Shown: positions 27,878 to 39,327, counted from the stretch's first letter. The stretch: 64,000 nucleotides of DNA from Candidatus Latescibacterota bacterium (GCA_965219385.1 CBDCNM010000002.1:1544936-1608935); one strand, 5' to 3'. Numbers and translations: made by a program. Notes: generated from the sequence alone by a model not told the origin.

Positions 27878-30264
27878 GGTGCATTCTTTCTTGTGGAGAA
27901 GAAGGCCGTCAAGCGCCCGACAAAGGCCTCCTGCTCCTCTGAAGTCATGAACATGGTGTAGCCCCCGATGCTGTTTTCTAGCTGCAAATGGCTGACCAAA
28001 TATTCATAAACGGCCCCGGCCTCGGCCTGACGGGCGGAAAGGGCGGCTCGTTGGGCATCCACCAGTTGGGCGATTGCGAGTTGGCCTTTTTGATAGGCAT
28101 CCTGCACCAGTTCAAAATTCTTTTGGGCGCTTGCAGCCGCCACCTCGGCAAAGTGTATGTTGGTGCGCCTGGAAACCAGGTTCGTCATCCGCACCCGGAC
28201 GGCCTGGGAGAGCTGCTGGCGCAAACTCTCCTCCTGGAAGCGGAGCTGCTGCTGCTGGATCGCGGTCTGGTCGATGGCGATCTTGCGCTGGTTGCCCTGA
28301 AAGAGGGGATAGGTGAAGTGGAGGGCTAGATTCCAGGTGGCGTCGAGGGGAGCGGCGGAGACCGGCGGCATCCCCTTGCCGGCGCGCCAGAAGGTGTAGT
28401 CGGCCTGTCCGCGCAAAGCTACCGTAGGCAGGTAGTACAGCCGGCGGTTCTGCTGCTGCTGGCGTTCGGCTGCTTTCACATTGGCCGCTAGCTGTTTGAG
28501 CGAAGGCATGTTTTTCAGGGCCTCGGCGATGAGAAAATCGGTCAGGATCTCCACATCGCCGGCCCGGTCAATCAGGCGACCGATACGGGCCGGGTCGAAG
28601 CGGCCGAAGAGTTCGTCGGAAAGCCGGGCATCCACCACCTCGAACTCCTCGCCGATATCCGCCCGGTTGAGCAAGCGGTTGAGTTGCACTTTGGCCAGGT
28701 AGAGGGCGTTGAAGGCCTCAATCGAGGCCTGGGTGGCCCGGGCCACTTCGCTCTCCCAGCGGAATACGTCGGCAACGCCGGCATAGCCGACGGCATTGCG
28801 GGTGCGGGCGATCTTCAGATTGCGGCGCGAAGCTTCGAGATTTTCGTCCTGAATGCGCACTCCAGTCTTGGCCAGCAGGATATCGAAATAGGCCGTCGCC
28901 AAGTTCAGTACCACGTCCAGTGCGACCAGATCGGCTCGATGGCGGGCGGCCTCGGCTAGGTACTGCTGGATTGCGATGTTGGCGAAGACCGGCTCGGAAA
29001 ACAGTACCTGCTGCACGGTACCCGTGCCCGCGCCGGTGCGCTCGGACTGTTGACCCAAAGCGCGCTCGGCGACATTTGGGTCCACCTGCAACAGGGTGGT
29101 CGAGGCCTCTACGGTGGGCAAGAGGGACGATTTGGCTCGGCGCATATCCTGGCTGGCCAGATCGACGTTGCGCTTTTCGATGCGGAGGTCGAGGTTGCTC
29201 TGCAAGCCCTCTGCGATAATCTCCCGTAAACTCAAGCGTCGATCGCTAGCGGGTTCGTCGGCTTTGAGGAAGTGGGCGGAAAACAGCGTTGCAAAGGAGA
29301 GGTCGAGACCGATCTGTCGGACCGTTGCGGCATTCAGCACCCATTGCTCGTCGAAATTGCGCCGCACGGGCATCGCCGCCAATTCCTCCCCCAGCGCGAC
29401 CCCTTCGACGATCAGGGCTAGGTTGCGGAAAATCTGGTCTCGGCCGTTCTCGTCGCCGATACAGGCCATCATCCCCGCATCCACATAAGGCCGGCTCATG
29501 GCAAAGGAAGGCAGCTGGCGCTCGGCGAGGGCCGCGGCCAGCGGGGCGATCTTTTCGGGTGCGCGCTCAAAGACCATCGCCAGATAGACCGCGTCAACCG
29601 CGCCGCTCAGCGTCGGGAGGGGCGCTTCCGTCTCCCAAAAAACCAACTCCACCTGGGCCCCGTAAGGCGCTGCAAGGCGGTCGAAGAAACCCTCGTAATC
29701 CAGCGTGCCTTTCAGGTTTTCACTGATGATGACGGCCAGATGCGAAAAGGGATGGAGGCGGTAGAACGCCGCCAATTCCTTTTGGATCGAGTGGGTACTG
29801 AGAACGTAGGTAAAATTGCGCACCCCGGAGACGCCGGGATCGACCAGGGGCATCTGCTGCAACTCCACGTCCAGTATCCCCACGGCGATCGTTGGTTTGG
29901 GCAAGTCACCTTGGGCGGCCAGCATCGTGGCGCTCACCGGCCCGGCGGCAATGATCAGATCGACCGCAGGGTCGTTGGCCAGGGATAGATAGTCTGCGTG
30001 CCCGGCGGTAAAACGCCGATGCTCGGGGAGGAAGTGGACCGACTTGTCGGCCCCCAACACCTTGTGGATTTCCTCCTGCAGGAGGGCGAACACACTTTTG
30101 GCATCGGTTGCCTCGGCCCTGAAATCGAGCAACAGACCGATGTAGAGATCGCTCTTTTCAATTTGGGCGTGCGCCGGCAACACCGGCAGTGCCAAGCCCA
30201 TAATCAGAACGGCGGATATAGCTATTCCCAGCATCGCAGGGTCCACTCCAATGGGCTTGGGCAA
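27874..30264 (-). CDS. TolC-family outer-membrane factor with N-terminal periplasmic-binding-protein-like domain
   Basis: C-terminal OEP repeats (LSLREIIAEGLQSN, YFDILLA, YQKGQLAIAQLVDAQ). The N-terminal ~340 aa resemble ABC substrate-binding domains. Confidence 0.82.
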   Translation of the reverse strand: MPKPIGVDPAMLGIAISAVLIMGLALPVLPAHAQIEKSDLYIGLLLDFRAEATDAKSVFALLQEEIHKVLGADKSVHFLPEHRRFTAGHADYLSLANDPAVDLIIAAGPVSATMLAAQGDLPKPTIAVGILDVELQQMPLVDPGVSGVRNFTYVLSTHSIQKELAAFYRLHPFSHLAVIISENLKGTLDYEGFFDRLAAPYGAQVELVFWETEAPLPTLSGAVDAVYLAMVFERAPEKIAPLAAALAERQLPSFAMSRPYVDAGMMACIGDENGRDQIFRNLALIVEGVALGEELAAMPVRRNFDEQWVLNAATVRQIGLDLSFATLFSAHFLKADEPASDRRLSLREIIAEGLQSNLDLRIEKRNVDLASQDMRRAKSSLLPTVEASTTLLQVDPNVAERALGQQSERTGAGTGTVQQVLFSEPVFANIAIQQYLAEAARHRADLVALDVVLNLATAYFDILLAKTGVRIQDENLEASRRNLKIARTRNAVGYAGVADVFRWESEVARATQASIEAFNALYLAKVQLNRLLNRADIGEEFEVVDARLSDELFGRFDPARIGRLIDRAGDVEILTDFLIAEALKNMPSLKQLAANVKAAERQQQQNRRLYYLPTVALRGQADYTFWRAGKGMPPVSAAPLDATWNLALHFTYPLFQGNQRKIAIDQTAIQQQQLRFQEESLRQQLSQAVRVRMTNLVSRRTNIHFAEVAAASAQKNFELVQDAYQKGQLAIAQLVDAQRAALSARQAEAGAVYEYLVSHLQLENSIGGYTMFMTSEEQEAFVGRLTAFFSTRKNAP

Positions 30265-30350
30265 AATGAACTAACCGTCAATGGATGCAAAGTATACGTA
30301 GATTCCCTCCCGCGCGTTCGTGAAGCGACTCAAGCCAATTGTGAGGATTT

Positions 30351-31157
30351 TCATTTTCCCGCTGGTTCCACCCAGTGCCTGAAGAGCGGCTTGACCGCGT
30401 CCGGCAGCCCGTCGAAGACCTCGACGGGCACCAGGGGCACCAGGTTTTCATCGCGTCCCGTCTCTTCCACCTGGCGCTTGCGCTCGTCCGACCCCGGCCG
30501 CAGCACGTCGAGGTTGAGCCACCAGGGGGCAAAGCGCACCACCACGGCCACGCGCGGCGCCGACGAGCGGTTGGGGCCGATGGCGTGCCACAGGCGGCTG
30601 TCCATCACCAGGACCGAGCCGGCCGGACCCGTGGCCTGCACCTCGGTGGGATAGGGCGATTCCATGTCCACGGCCATGTCCCCCGAGGGGTTGTTGCGGG
30701 CCCGGTGGCTGCCGGAGACGACCGGGGTGCCGCCGTTCTCGATGGTGAAGGGACTCAGCATCCAGATGGTGGTCAGGTGTCCGACCGCATCGGGGTAGGG
30801 CGCCGGGATGTGGCTGGTATTGAGCTGGTTGAAGGGCCAGTCCGCGTGCAGGAGACCGCGCTGGTTGCCCGGAAAGGTGGACAAGCAGGTGGTGAAGGAG
30901 ATGCGCACGTGCTCGCCGAGGAGGGCTTTGCACAATCCGAGGAGGCGCGGTTCGGCCAGGTAAGGCGCAAGGGACTGGTCGTAATTGATCAGGCCCGACA
31001 CCTTGCCCAGACTCTGGCGCGGATCCGGGTTGCTGTGGTTTTTTATGGTGGCGAGGATGCTGTCGCGGATGGCCCCTACCTTGTCTGCGGGGATGACGTT
31101 TTCGAGTACGCACCAGCCGTCTACGGCCAGGCGCTGCAGCACAGGTTCGAGGTGCAT
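30351..31157 (-). CDS. PhyH-family Fe(II)/2OG oxygenase
   Basis: DGWCVLENVI, LHADWP, ENGGTPVVSGSH, GPAGSVLVMDSRLWHA. Confidence 0.88.
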   Translation of the reverse strand: MHLEPVLQRLAVDGWCVLENVIPADKVGAIRDSILATIKNHSNPDPRQSLGKVSGLINYDQSLAPYLAEPRLLGLCKALLGEHVRISFTTCLSTFPGNQRGLLHADWPFNQLNTSHIPAPYPDAVGHLTTIWMLSPFTIENGGTPVVSGSHRARNNPSGDMAVDMESPYPTEVQATGPAGSVLVMDSRLWHAIGPNRSSAPRVAVVVRFAPWWLNLDVLRPGSDERKRQVEETGRDENLVPLVPVEVFDGLPDAVKPLFRHWVEPAGK

Positions 31158-31160
31158 GGT

Positions 31161-32522
31161 TCAGTTCCCGTGTTTGACGGCCACTTCCCAGTTGCCCGGC
31201 TCGAAGTCGCAGTAGAAGAGGTAGGTCTCCAGGCCGGCGCTCTGGGCCGCGGTGAGGGCCTGGTCCAGCTCGTTGGGAGTGAGGACCCGGCCGCTGTGAT
31301 GCGAGTCCAGCCAGGGCCGCACCCGCCCGGCATCGCCCACCTGGTCGATCATCCGGCGCACCTGGTCGGCCACTGCCCCGGTGAAAAATTCGGCCGGAAA
31401 GGGCGCGCCCAGGTGCGTCAGGGCGATGGTGTCGGCAAAGCCGGGCTCAATGTGGCGGAGGATGTCCCCGAGGCGGTCAATGCGGGGCAGTTCAAAGCCG
31501 AAGAGCCGGTAGGCAAAGCGGAAGAGCAGGTCCTCGGCCAGGTGGGGGTTCCAGGTCTTGAGGGTCTGCACCCAGCGGTAGACCGTGCCGTAGAGGCCGT
31601 CCACCCCGCCCATCCACAAATAGATCTTGGGCAGCAAAAAGTCGGCGTGCCGCGCCAGGCGACGCAAATCGTACCCGGTCAGCGGAGTGAAGGCCGGCAG
31701 GCGCGAGCCCACGCCCATGCACAGGGCAGGGCTCACCTCTCTTACCCCCTGGCACAACTGCTGGATATAGGATGCGATGGAGTCCTGCTTGAAGCGCAAC
31801 CACGCGGCAACGCGCTCCTCGCCCGCCGCTGCGGACAGCGCCTCCAGGGGTTCGCCCGGGTGCTCCAGCATCCGCTCCACCGCGGCCCCGTCCAGGGCGT
31901 GGAGCCAGTGCATGAGGGTCGTGGCCGCCTGCTTCAGGTCCCCGAAATCATACCCCAGCTCCCGGGCCTTGTTTTGGCAGCAGGGGCCAAAGCAGCCGAA
32001 CAGGTTCAAATTGTCGTCCATGAAACCGCCGGCGATCTCGTACCCGAACTCGGGTCCGTCGTTGAGGAACCCCTCCACCTGGGGGAAATTCCGCTGCACA
32101 TCCCGTATGCGGCCCAGGTAGAAGGGGAGGAATTCCGGGCCGTTGGCGCAGGCCCCCCAGTAGCTTTTGACCCGGGCGAGGGCGTGGTCGGGCCGGAGCA
32201 CGTGCTTGGTGTGGAGCCGGCCATAGACCTCGGAGGCGCCGCTCATGTGGGGGTTGGTGCCGTAGGTGTAGATGTGCATACCGCGGTCCTGGGCCGCCTT
32301 TAGACAAGCCCGTATGGTCCCTGCGCGGGCCATGGCATCGGGCGGCGGCGGGCAGCCTTTGATGGCGCCGTGGTAGTTGCGCGGGTCGGGCTCGAGGGGC
32401 AAGGGGGTGCCAAAGGCCAGGGTGCGGGCTCCGGCCTCCTCCATCTTGTCCAGGTACTCGTCGATGTAAAATTCGTCGAGGAAGCCCCAGCCCGACTTCA
32501 TGACCCAGGTATCCAGCGGCAT
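31161..32522 (-). CDS. Hypothetical protein, possible TIM-barrel glycoside-hydrolase-like fold
   Basis: 453-aa ORF with strong coding bias; GFLNDGPEFGYE and GCFGPCC motifs; in an operon with sugar genes. Confidence 0.55.
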   Translation of the reverse strand: MPLDTWVMKSGWGFLDEFYIDEYLDKMEEAGARTLAFGTPLPLEPDPRNYHGAIKGCPPPPDAMARAGTIRACLKAAQDRGMHIYTYGTNPHMSGASEVYGRLHTKHVLRPDHALARVKSYWGACANGPEFLPFYLGRIRDVQRNFPQVEGFLNDGPEFGYEIAGGFMDDNLNLFGCFGPCCQNKARELGYDFGDLKQAATTLMHWLHALDGAAVERMLEHPGEPLEALSAAAGEERVAAWLRFKQDSIASYIQQLCQGVREVSPALCMGVGSRLPAFTPLTGYDLRRLARHADFLLPKIYLWMGGVDGLYGTVYRWVQTLKTWNPHLAEDLLFRFAYRLFGFELPRIDRLGDILRHIEPGFADTIALTHLGAPFPAEFFTGAVADQVRRMIDQVGDAGRVRPWLDSHHSGRVLTPNELDQALTAAQSAGLETYLFYCDFEPGNWEVAVKHGN

Positions 32523-32525
32523 GAT

Positions 32526-34085
32526 TTACTCTCCGAATTGAAAGGCGTAAATCCGCATGGAGGCAAACTCGAAGTGCAGCCGCACGGACTTTTGCGCGAC
32601 GTCGGGATCGATGCGCTCCTTGCCCTGCCAGCGGACCGGGGCGTCGAGAAGGTCCTTGGTCAAAGTCTGGCATTGGGCAAAGGTGTAGCCCTCGAGGGGC
32701 TGCTCGTCTTCCCAGGCCAGCAATTGCACCCGCAGGCGGGCGTCGGGCCCGGTGGGCTCGATGTTGAGCGCGAGATTGGAACCCGTAAAGCGCAGGGGCC
32801 GGGTGCAGAAATGGCCGCCTCCGGCACCGGCTTCGATGCCGACGATGCGGTCGCGTTTGAGCACCACGCGGCCGACGCGGCTGGCGATTTGTTGTTTTTC
32901 TTCGGCGCTTAGTTCGACGCTGGAACCGCCGTGGGGGCCGTTGCCCGCGCGGTAGTAGAGGGCGTAGTGATCCTGGTCCACGGGTACAAAGCCGGGCGCC
33001 ACACTGATAATGAAGCAGTCGAACTCGCCGCGCTCCCCCAGAGGGATGAATTGCTCGCGGGTGGGGCGGCACCAGGTGCGGTTGTCGCGACTGGTGCAGA
33101 CGCACCAGGTGCGGTTGTCGCGACTGGTGCAGACCATGGGATGGAAACTACCTTCGTAGTGGTAGTAGAACGAGGGGAAGAGAAAGTGGGCGTGGGCCGC
33201 GTCGGGATAGCGGCTGTAGGCGCTGTTGTACACGTCGACGTTGAGGCCATCCTGGAACTCGGCCTGCAGGGCCACGCCGGTGAGCTCCCAGTTGCGATAA
33301 TCGCGCGATTCGAGCCGGCCCACGGCGCGACCCCGGCGCTCCGGGTCCACCTTGAAGCCGCCCACCTCCAGCCCACCGTGGGTACCGGTCGTGCGGTGAT
33401 AGGCCACGTAGCGGTCTAGGTCGGGGTCCCAGCAGGCCGAGTTCTGCGAGTCGCAGTACTTGCCCAGGAAGTTGTCGTAGTAGCGCCGCCAGCGCAAACC
33501 GTCGGGCGAGGCGGCCCCGCGCAGCACGCCGACGTTGTGGGTGAAGGGCTGCTCGAAGACGTGGGGGCCCTCCCAGTCGGTGTAGATCATCTTGTAGCGT
33601 TCTTCCTCGGGCGCAACGGGATCGATAAAGACATTGCCCATCTCCGGCGATATGGCATTGAAGCCGCCGTCGAAGACGATGTTGTTAGCGGTAGAACCCT
33701 TGAATTCGACCAAGTCCAGCCGGCGGCGCTGGAAGTGGAGGCCGTCCTCGGATTCGGCGTGGCTCACCAGCAGGCCGCGGTGGTCCGGGTGGCCGCTGTT
33801 GTACCACATGCGGAAGCGGCCCCCGTCGCGCAGCACCGACACCCAGGCGGACGAGATCTCCCAGGGGGCCTGGCCCTCGAAGAGGGGTGCGCCGTGTTTT
33901 TCCACCGGGGCATTGACCCAGCGGATGCCCCAGGGGTACTGATCGGGCCGGGCGCCCATGGCGATGAAGAAGTCATCGAAGAGCAACTGACGCTCGGCGC
34001 CCACCTCGATGGTAGTGGGCCGGCGCCGGGCTTTGTGGGTGTTCTCGGCCAGGTTGAAGTTTTTCATGTCGTGGGTGATGGACAT
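32526..34085 (-). CDS. Beta-propeller glycoside-hydrolase-like protein (GH32/43-like)
   Basis: RQLLFDDFF, RFRMWY, Asp-box-like repeats AESEDGLHF, ASPDGLRW, TSRDNRTW. Confidence 0.65.
   Translation of the reverse strand: MSITHDMKNFNLAENTHKARRRPTTIEVGAERQLLFDDFFIAMGARPDQYPWGIRWVNAPVEKHGAPLFEGQAPWEISSAWVSVLRDGGRFRMWYNSGHPDHRGLLVSHAESEDGLHFQRRRLDLVEFKGSTANNIVFDGGFNAISPEMGNVFIDPVAPEEERYKMIYTDWEGPHVFEQPFTHNVGVLRGAASPDGLRWRRYYDNFLGKYCDSQNSACWDPDLDRYVAYHRTTGTHGGLEVGGFKVDPERRGRAVGRLESRDYRNWELTGVALQAEFQDGLNVDVYNSAYSRYPDAAHAHFLFPSFYYHYEGSFHPMVCTSRDNRTWCVCTSRDNRTWCRPTREQFIPLGERGEFDCFIISVAPGFVPVDQDHYALYYRAGNGPHGGSSVELSAEEKQQIASRVGRVVLKRDRIVGIEAGAGGGHFCTRPLRFTGSNLALNIEPTGPDARLRVQLLAWEDEQPLEGYTFAQCQTLTKDLLDAPVRWQGKERIDPDVAQKSVRLHFEFASMRIYAFQFGE
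33069..33134. repeat. Exact 33-bp in-frame tandem duplication
   Basis: GCACCAGGTGCGGTTGTCGCGACTGGTGCAGAC occurs twice (33069-33101, 33102-33134). Confidence 0.95.
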
Positions 34086-34100
34086 GGGGAGCCTTCCGGA

Positions 34101-35096
34101 TCACGGGTTGTGCGCCAGGCCCTGGAGCAAGCCGCGCATGTGCCCGACGCAGAAGGCGATGTACTCCCGGCCCTCGGGGCCGTCGGTACTGAGCCGCATG
34201 ATGTGGTCGTAGTCGATGGCGCCCTCGTAGCCCACCCGGTGCAGGGCGCGGGCCACCTGGTACATGTCCAGGTCGCCGTCGTCGGGGATGACCTCGGCGT
34301 AGCCCTTTTGCGCCGGAATGGTGCCCTGCACATTGCGGAAGTGGACGTGGAAGATCTTGTTCCGCGCCCCGAAGTGCTGGATGCCCTCGAACACGTCTTC
34401 GCCCGACTCGTAGCGAGTGCCGACGCAGAAGGTCATGCCGTTGTTGGGGGAGGAGACCTCCGAGAACAGACGGTCGAAGGCGGCGAAGTTGCACAGCACC
34501 TGGGGCACGCCGCCCAGGCTGGGCACGGGCGGATCGTTGCCGTGCATGGCGATTTTGACCCCGGCGCTTTCGGCCACCGGCATCACCGCGCTGAAGATCT
34601 TCACGGTGCGCTCCCAGACCTCCTGGTGGGTGGGCGCCCCTTCCGGCGGCGGCTGGTCGAGTATTGCGCCCAGGTCCATCTTGAGGTGGCGGTAGCCGCC
34701 GCGGCCCTCGACGTAGGTGTGCACCGAGTCGGGGAATGGAGCCAGCTGGCCGGCCTGGAAGGCCTGGATGCCCATGACCGGAAAGCCGAACCGGCCGCAC
34801 AGTTCGGCGTTGACCTGCAGGTTTTCGATTTCCTGCTCGGCGCCGGGCTGGCCGAGGAAGGTCTTGATGCAGTCGCTGTTTGCGGTGTTGGCGCGCTCGA
34901 CTTTGAGGCCGGCCTGGTCGAGGCGCTCCACCACTGTTTCCAGACCCTCGCGGTTGGCGCGGCCTCCGGCTTCGGTGTAGCCGGGGCAGATGTCGAGGGT
35001 TATGTCGACCACGTCGACGCCGACCTGGCGCAGGAAGCGCAGATCGTCGGGGCGGTCGAGCCAGTCGGGGCTGATGCGGGTGCCGATTTTCATCAT
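34101..35096 (-). CDS. Mannonate dehydratase (UxuA-like)
   Basis: VMPVAESAGVKIAMHGNDPP, NGMTFCVGT, KIFHVHFRNV, DGDLDMYQV, DYDH. Confidence 0.78.
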   Translation of the reverse strand: MMKIGTRISPDWLDRPDDLRFLRQVGVDVVDITLDICPGYTEAGGRANREGLETVVERLDQAGLKVERANTANSDCIKTFLGQPGAEQEIENLQVNAELCGRFGFPVMGIQAFQAGQLAPFPDSVHTYVEGRGGYRHLKMDLGAILDQPPPEGAPTHQEVWERTVKIFSAVMPVAESAGVKIAMHGNDPPVPSLGGVPQVLCNFAAFDRLFSEVSSPNNGMTFCVGTRYESGEDVFEGIQHFGARNKIFHVHFRNVQGTIPAQKGYAEVIPDDGDLDMYQVARALHRVGYEGAIDYDHIMRLSTDGPEGREYIAFCVGHMRGLLQGLAHNP

Positions 35097-35178
35097 GGTT
35101 TGTTCTCCCAATCTGTCCACTTCCCGGATGGGTGTATTGACAAAAGGTGAAGCTACGTGCTTTCTTTTGGGCTCTTAA

Positions 35179-36129
<951 letters not shown>

Positions 36130-36276
36130 CCCAGAGATTCTCGAGGATCACCGATCTTCTCGAGAAGGGCTATAAAATCGGCTCCTCCCGGCTTTCCGAC
36201 CGCTCCGGCGCTGACAAAGGCCCGCTGTTGTCCCGGCCGTCCCATTCCACCTGGGTATTTTGATATATTTTTAGCT

Positions 36277-37062
36277 ATGACCTACCTGCGACTGTTCTAC
36301 GTGTTTCTGCGCATCGGCCTGATGAACGAACTGGCCTACCGGGCCAATTTCTACGTGCAGCTGCTGCAGACCCTGCTCAACCTGGGCACGGCCCTGGGCG
36401 GCCTGGCCGTGGTCTTCGGACACACCCAGACCCTGGGCGGCTGGCAGCGGGCTGAACTCATCGCCCTTCTGGGGGTGTATTTCCTGATGGGTGGGGTTAT
36501 CGGACTGGTGATTCAGCCCAGCATGGAGCGGCTCATGGCCGATGTCAGGCAGGGCACCCTGGACTTCACCCTGACCAAACCCGAGGACGCCCAGGTCCTG
36601 GTGAGCGTGGGGGAGGTGCGGATCTGGAAGCTGGCCGACGTGTTCCTGGGGCTGGTGGTGCTGGTCGTAGCCCTGGTCCAGATCGGCGCCGACATAGGCC
36701 TGCGCCAAGCTCTGAGTTTTGCCGTAGCGCTCGGGGCCGGCGGGGCCATCGTGTACAGCTTCTGGCTGACCCTGACCACCCTGACCTTCTGGTTCGTGCG
36801 GATGGAGAACATCCTGGTTATCTTCCAGCACGTGTACGACGCCGGGCGCTGGCCCGTGAGCATCTATCCCCGCTGGCTGCGCGCGGTCCTGACCTTCCTG
36901 GTGCCGGTGGCCTTTGCCGTGACCGTGCCTTCGGAGGCGCTGGTGGGCCGGCTGCGGCCAGAGGTCCTGATGGGCGCGGTGGTTATGGCCGCGCTTATGC
37001 TTGCGGGCTCGCGGCTGTTCTGGCGGTACGGGGTAAAGCATTACTCGGGGGCTTCGGCGTAA
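36277..37062 (+). CDS. ABC-2-type transporter permease (DUF990-like)
   Basis: AYRANF, VRQGTLDFTLTKP, GRWPVSIYP, YSGAS C-terminus; multiple transmembrane segments. Confidence 0.85.
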   Translation: MTYLRLFYVFLRIGLMNELAYRANFYVQLLQTLLNLGTALGGLAVVFGHTQTLGGWQRAELIALLGVYFLMGGVIGLVIQPSMERLMADVRQGTLDFTLTKPEDAQVLVSVGEVRIWKLADVFLGLVVLVVALVQIGADIGLRQALSFAVALGAGGAIVYSFWLTLTTLTFWFVRMENILVIFQHVYDAGRWPVSIYPRWLRAVLTFLVPVAFAVTVPSEALVGRLRPEVLMGAVVMAALMLAGSRLFWRYGVKHYSGASA

Positions 37063-39196
37063 TTGTAAAGACCGGTCCATTGCCGCAGTCAGGCATGACC
37101 AATAGTGCAGGACCGCTGATTCCACCTTCCTCCAGCTGATTGATTTCAGGCTGTTCCACGCGGCCCCGCGCCAGGTGGTAGAGGCGGATATTCGCCGCTT
37201 TTTTTACCTCCTCGAAAAGCCCGGCCGGCAGGAATTTTTTTCCTTCGGGCAGCACCAGAGCAAGGCCGACCTCCCCGGATTGCAGCCTCAAGATCCGCAG
37301 CCCGGGGGCCTCCAGGGCGTGCGGCTCGAACCAGGCGCCCCTGAACGGCTGGAGGGCGGCATTGAGGCAGCGCAGCACCTCGAAGGAGGGCCGCGGATTG
37401 CACAGGTTGTCCAGCAAGCCATGGCGCGCGTCCATGGTGCGGTCCAGGTCGACCAGGGGCTCGACGTAGAGGCGGGCGGACGGCAACAGCAGCGCGGCGA
37501 AGAGGGCCTCGGCGGTTTGCAGGGCATTGGCGTTGTCGTCCCGTCCCGGCAGCTCGAAGAGCAGGTCAATGCGCTCGATCCGGTTCGGGGGGCCCAGGCC
37601 GCGCAGGGCCAGGGTCGCGTCCCACGGACTCGCGTCCCGGTCAATGCGGCACAGGGCCGCGGCGCAATCCAGGCCGCTTTGCTGCAGGCCCTGATCCAGG
37701 GCGGGCAATTCGGCGGGCCGATAGCCGATGCGGGTGCGCGGGTGCTGTTTGCCGGCCGCGCGCGCGGTGACCACCGGCGCCAGGCTGAGGGGCCGGGGGC
37801 CGTTTTGGAGCCTTTCCGCCCAGGCGGGAGGCGGACACAGGGCGCCCGGCACCTGCACTTCCCAGGCTTCGACCAGGGCGCCGTGTCGCTCCTGCATATC
37901 CTCCAGGGGCATTGCCGCGGACCACAGGAAAAAAGCCTGGATGCCCACCCCCTCCCGGTGCAACAGTTCCAGGCGGGGGCGCTGCTGCGAATCTTCGAGA
38001 TCGGCAAAGGGGACGCGGACCCGGGAGAGGCCCAGCTCCAGGCAGGAGAGCAGGGGATAGTCGTTGCGCACCGGCTGGCGCACCACCGAAGGCCAGGCCA
38101 GAGGCACTTCGGTCCGCAGACTGAGGGGGTGGACGAGGGTGAGGCCCGCGGCCGTGTCCGCAGAGTTGGGTGGGAGGGGGGTTAGCAGGCGCGCCGGGCC
38201 GGATTCGGGCGCCAGGGCGCCCCGGGTGCGGATGAAGTGCAGGTCGATCCGGTCGGCGAACACGCGGCACAGGTAGAAGCCGAGCTTGGCCGCATCGTCG
38301 CGGCCCTGCTCCGGGGGCGGGCCCCCGGCGAAGAGGTGGCTGAAACCCGGCCGGGTGAACGAGGTGGAAGGCGTCACCCGGTAGCGGGTGGGGCCCAGAT
38401 TGTCGCAAAAGGCGAAGTGGACGTGACCGCAGAAGAGCAGCTCCACCGCAAAAGCCCGCAACCGGCCCAGCAGCCAGGTGCGGGCCGGCTCGCCCAGGTT
38501 GTCGTAGTTTCCCAGGTGGGGTTCGCCCGCTTCGCCCAGGTAGGGAGGCAGGTGCCAAAAGGCGCAGATGCGCGCCCCGGCGTGCGTTTCCAGGTCGTCC
38601 TCCAGCCACTGGCGCTGCGCCGCGGCCTCGGGCATTGCCGCGTTCATGATCTGGGAGTTGAGCACCACGCAGTGGAGATCCTGGTGATCAAAGCTGTACC
38701 AGGAGGGACCGAAGCGACGGTGGTAGGCTTCGAGGCTTGCAGGCGTGACCGGGCGGGCCGGCATGGTGGGGTCGGGCTTGTCGCCTACGTCCTGGTTGCC
38801 GGCCACCCGCCGCACCTCTAGGCCGCAATCGCGCAGCTGCTGCACGGCTTCGTCCTGGGCGCGGACAAAGTCCGGGGTTTCGGGGTATTCCTGCACCAGG
38901 TCGCCCAGGTGCACCACAAAGGCCGGCTCCAGGGCGGCCACCTGGCCCAGGGCTGTGGCCACGCGGGCGCTCTGCTTGCGCCGCGACTCGAATTCCAGGG
39001 GCCGCTCTCCGGGATCCAGCATGTAGTGGGTGTCGGCGATGACGACGAATTCAAAGCGGGCTTCGGGGAGAAGGGAGCGGTCGAATGATCGGGTTGCAGG
39101 CGCCGGGGTCAAGGGCTTGAGTCCGGGAAAGTGGCTTGCAGGTCTTGGCTGGGACGGCAACATTTTAAACATAGGCAAAGACGGTTTGTCGCTCAA
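36995..39196 (-). CDS. Calcineurin-like metallophosphoesterase with long C-terminal extension
   Basis: ADTH, HLGDLV, AGNQDVGD, FWHLP, FCGHVH motifs. Confidence 0.75.
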   Translation of the reverse strand: MSDKPSLPMFKMLPSQPRPASHFPGLKPLTPAPATRSFDRSLLPEARFEFVVIADTHYMLDPGERPLEFESRRKQSARVATALGQVAALEPAFVVHLGDLVQEYPETPDFVRAQDEAVQQLRDCGLEVRRVAGNQDVGDKPDPTMPARPVTPASLEAYHRRFGPSWYSFDHQDLHCVVLNSQIMNAAMPEAAAQRQWLEDDLETHAGARICAFWHLPPYLGEAGEPHLGNYDNLGEPARTWLLGRLRAFAVELLFCGHVHFAFCDNLGPTRYRVTPSTSFTRPGFSHLFAGGPPPEQGRDDAAKLGFYLCRVFADRIDLHFIRTRGALAPESGPARLLTPLPPNSADTAAGLTLVHPLSLRTEVPLAWPSVVRQPVRNDYPLLSCLELGLSRVRVPFADLEDSQQRPRLELLHREGVGIQAFFLWSAAMPLEDMQERHGALVEAWEVQVPGALCPPPAWAERLQNGPRPLSLAPVVTARAAGKQHPRTRIGYRPAELPALDQGLQQSGLDCAAALCRIDRDASPWDATLALRGLGPPNRIERIDLLFELPGRDDNANALQTAEALFAALLLPSARLYVEPLVDLDRTMDARHGLLDNLCNPRPSFEVLRCLNAALQPFRGAWFEPHALEAPGLRILRLQSGEVGLALVLPEGKKFLPAGLFEEVKKAANIRLYHLARGRVEQPEINQLEEGGISGPALLVMPDCGNGPVFTITPKPPSNALPRTARTAASPQA

Positions 39197-39327
39197 TGCC
39201 CAGGGGGAGGAGTAGGGATTATTGGAAGATGGAAATTTGCGCTCCTCCTCAGTATATTTGTTCTAGCTGGTCCTGCCACCAGAAGGGTTCTCAGGCGCCG
39301 TAGTCAAGTGAAAAGTGAAGTTTCCCT

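Noticed and set aside
33069..33134. 33-bp palindromic repeat as a mini-CRISPR
   Set aside because: The two units are directly adjacent with no spacer and lie in frame inside a CDS.
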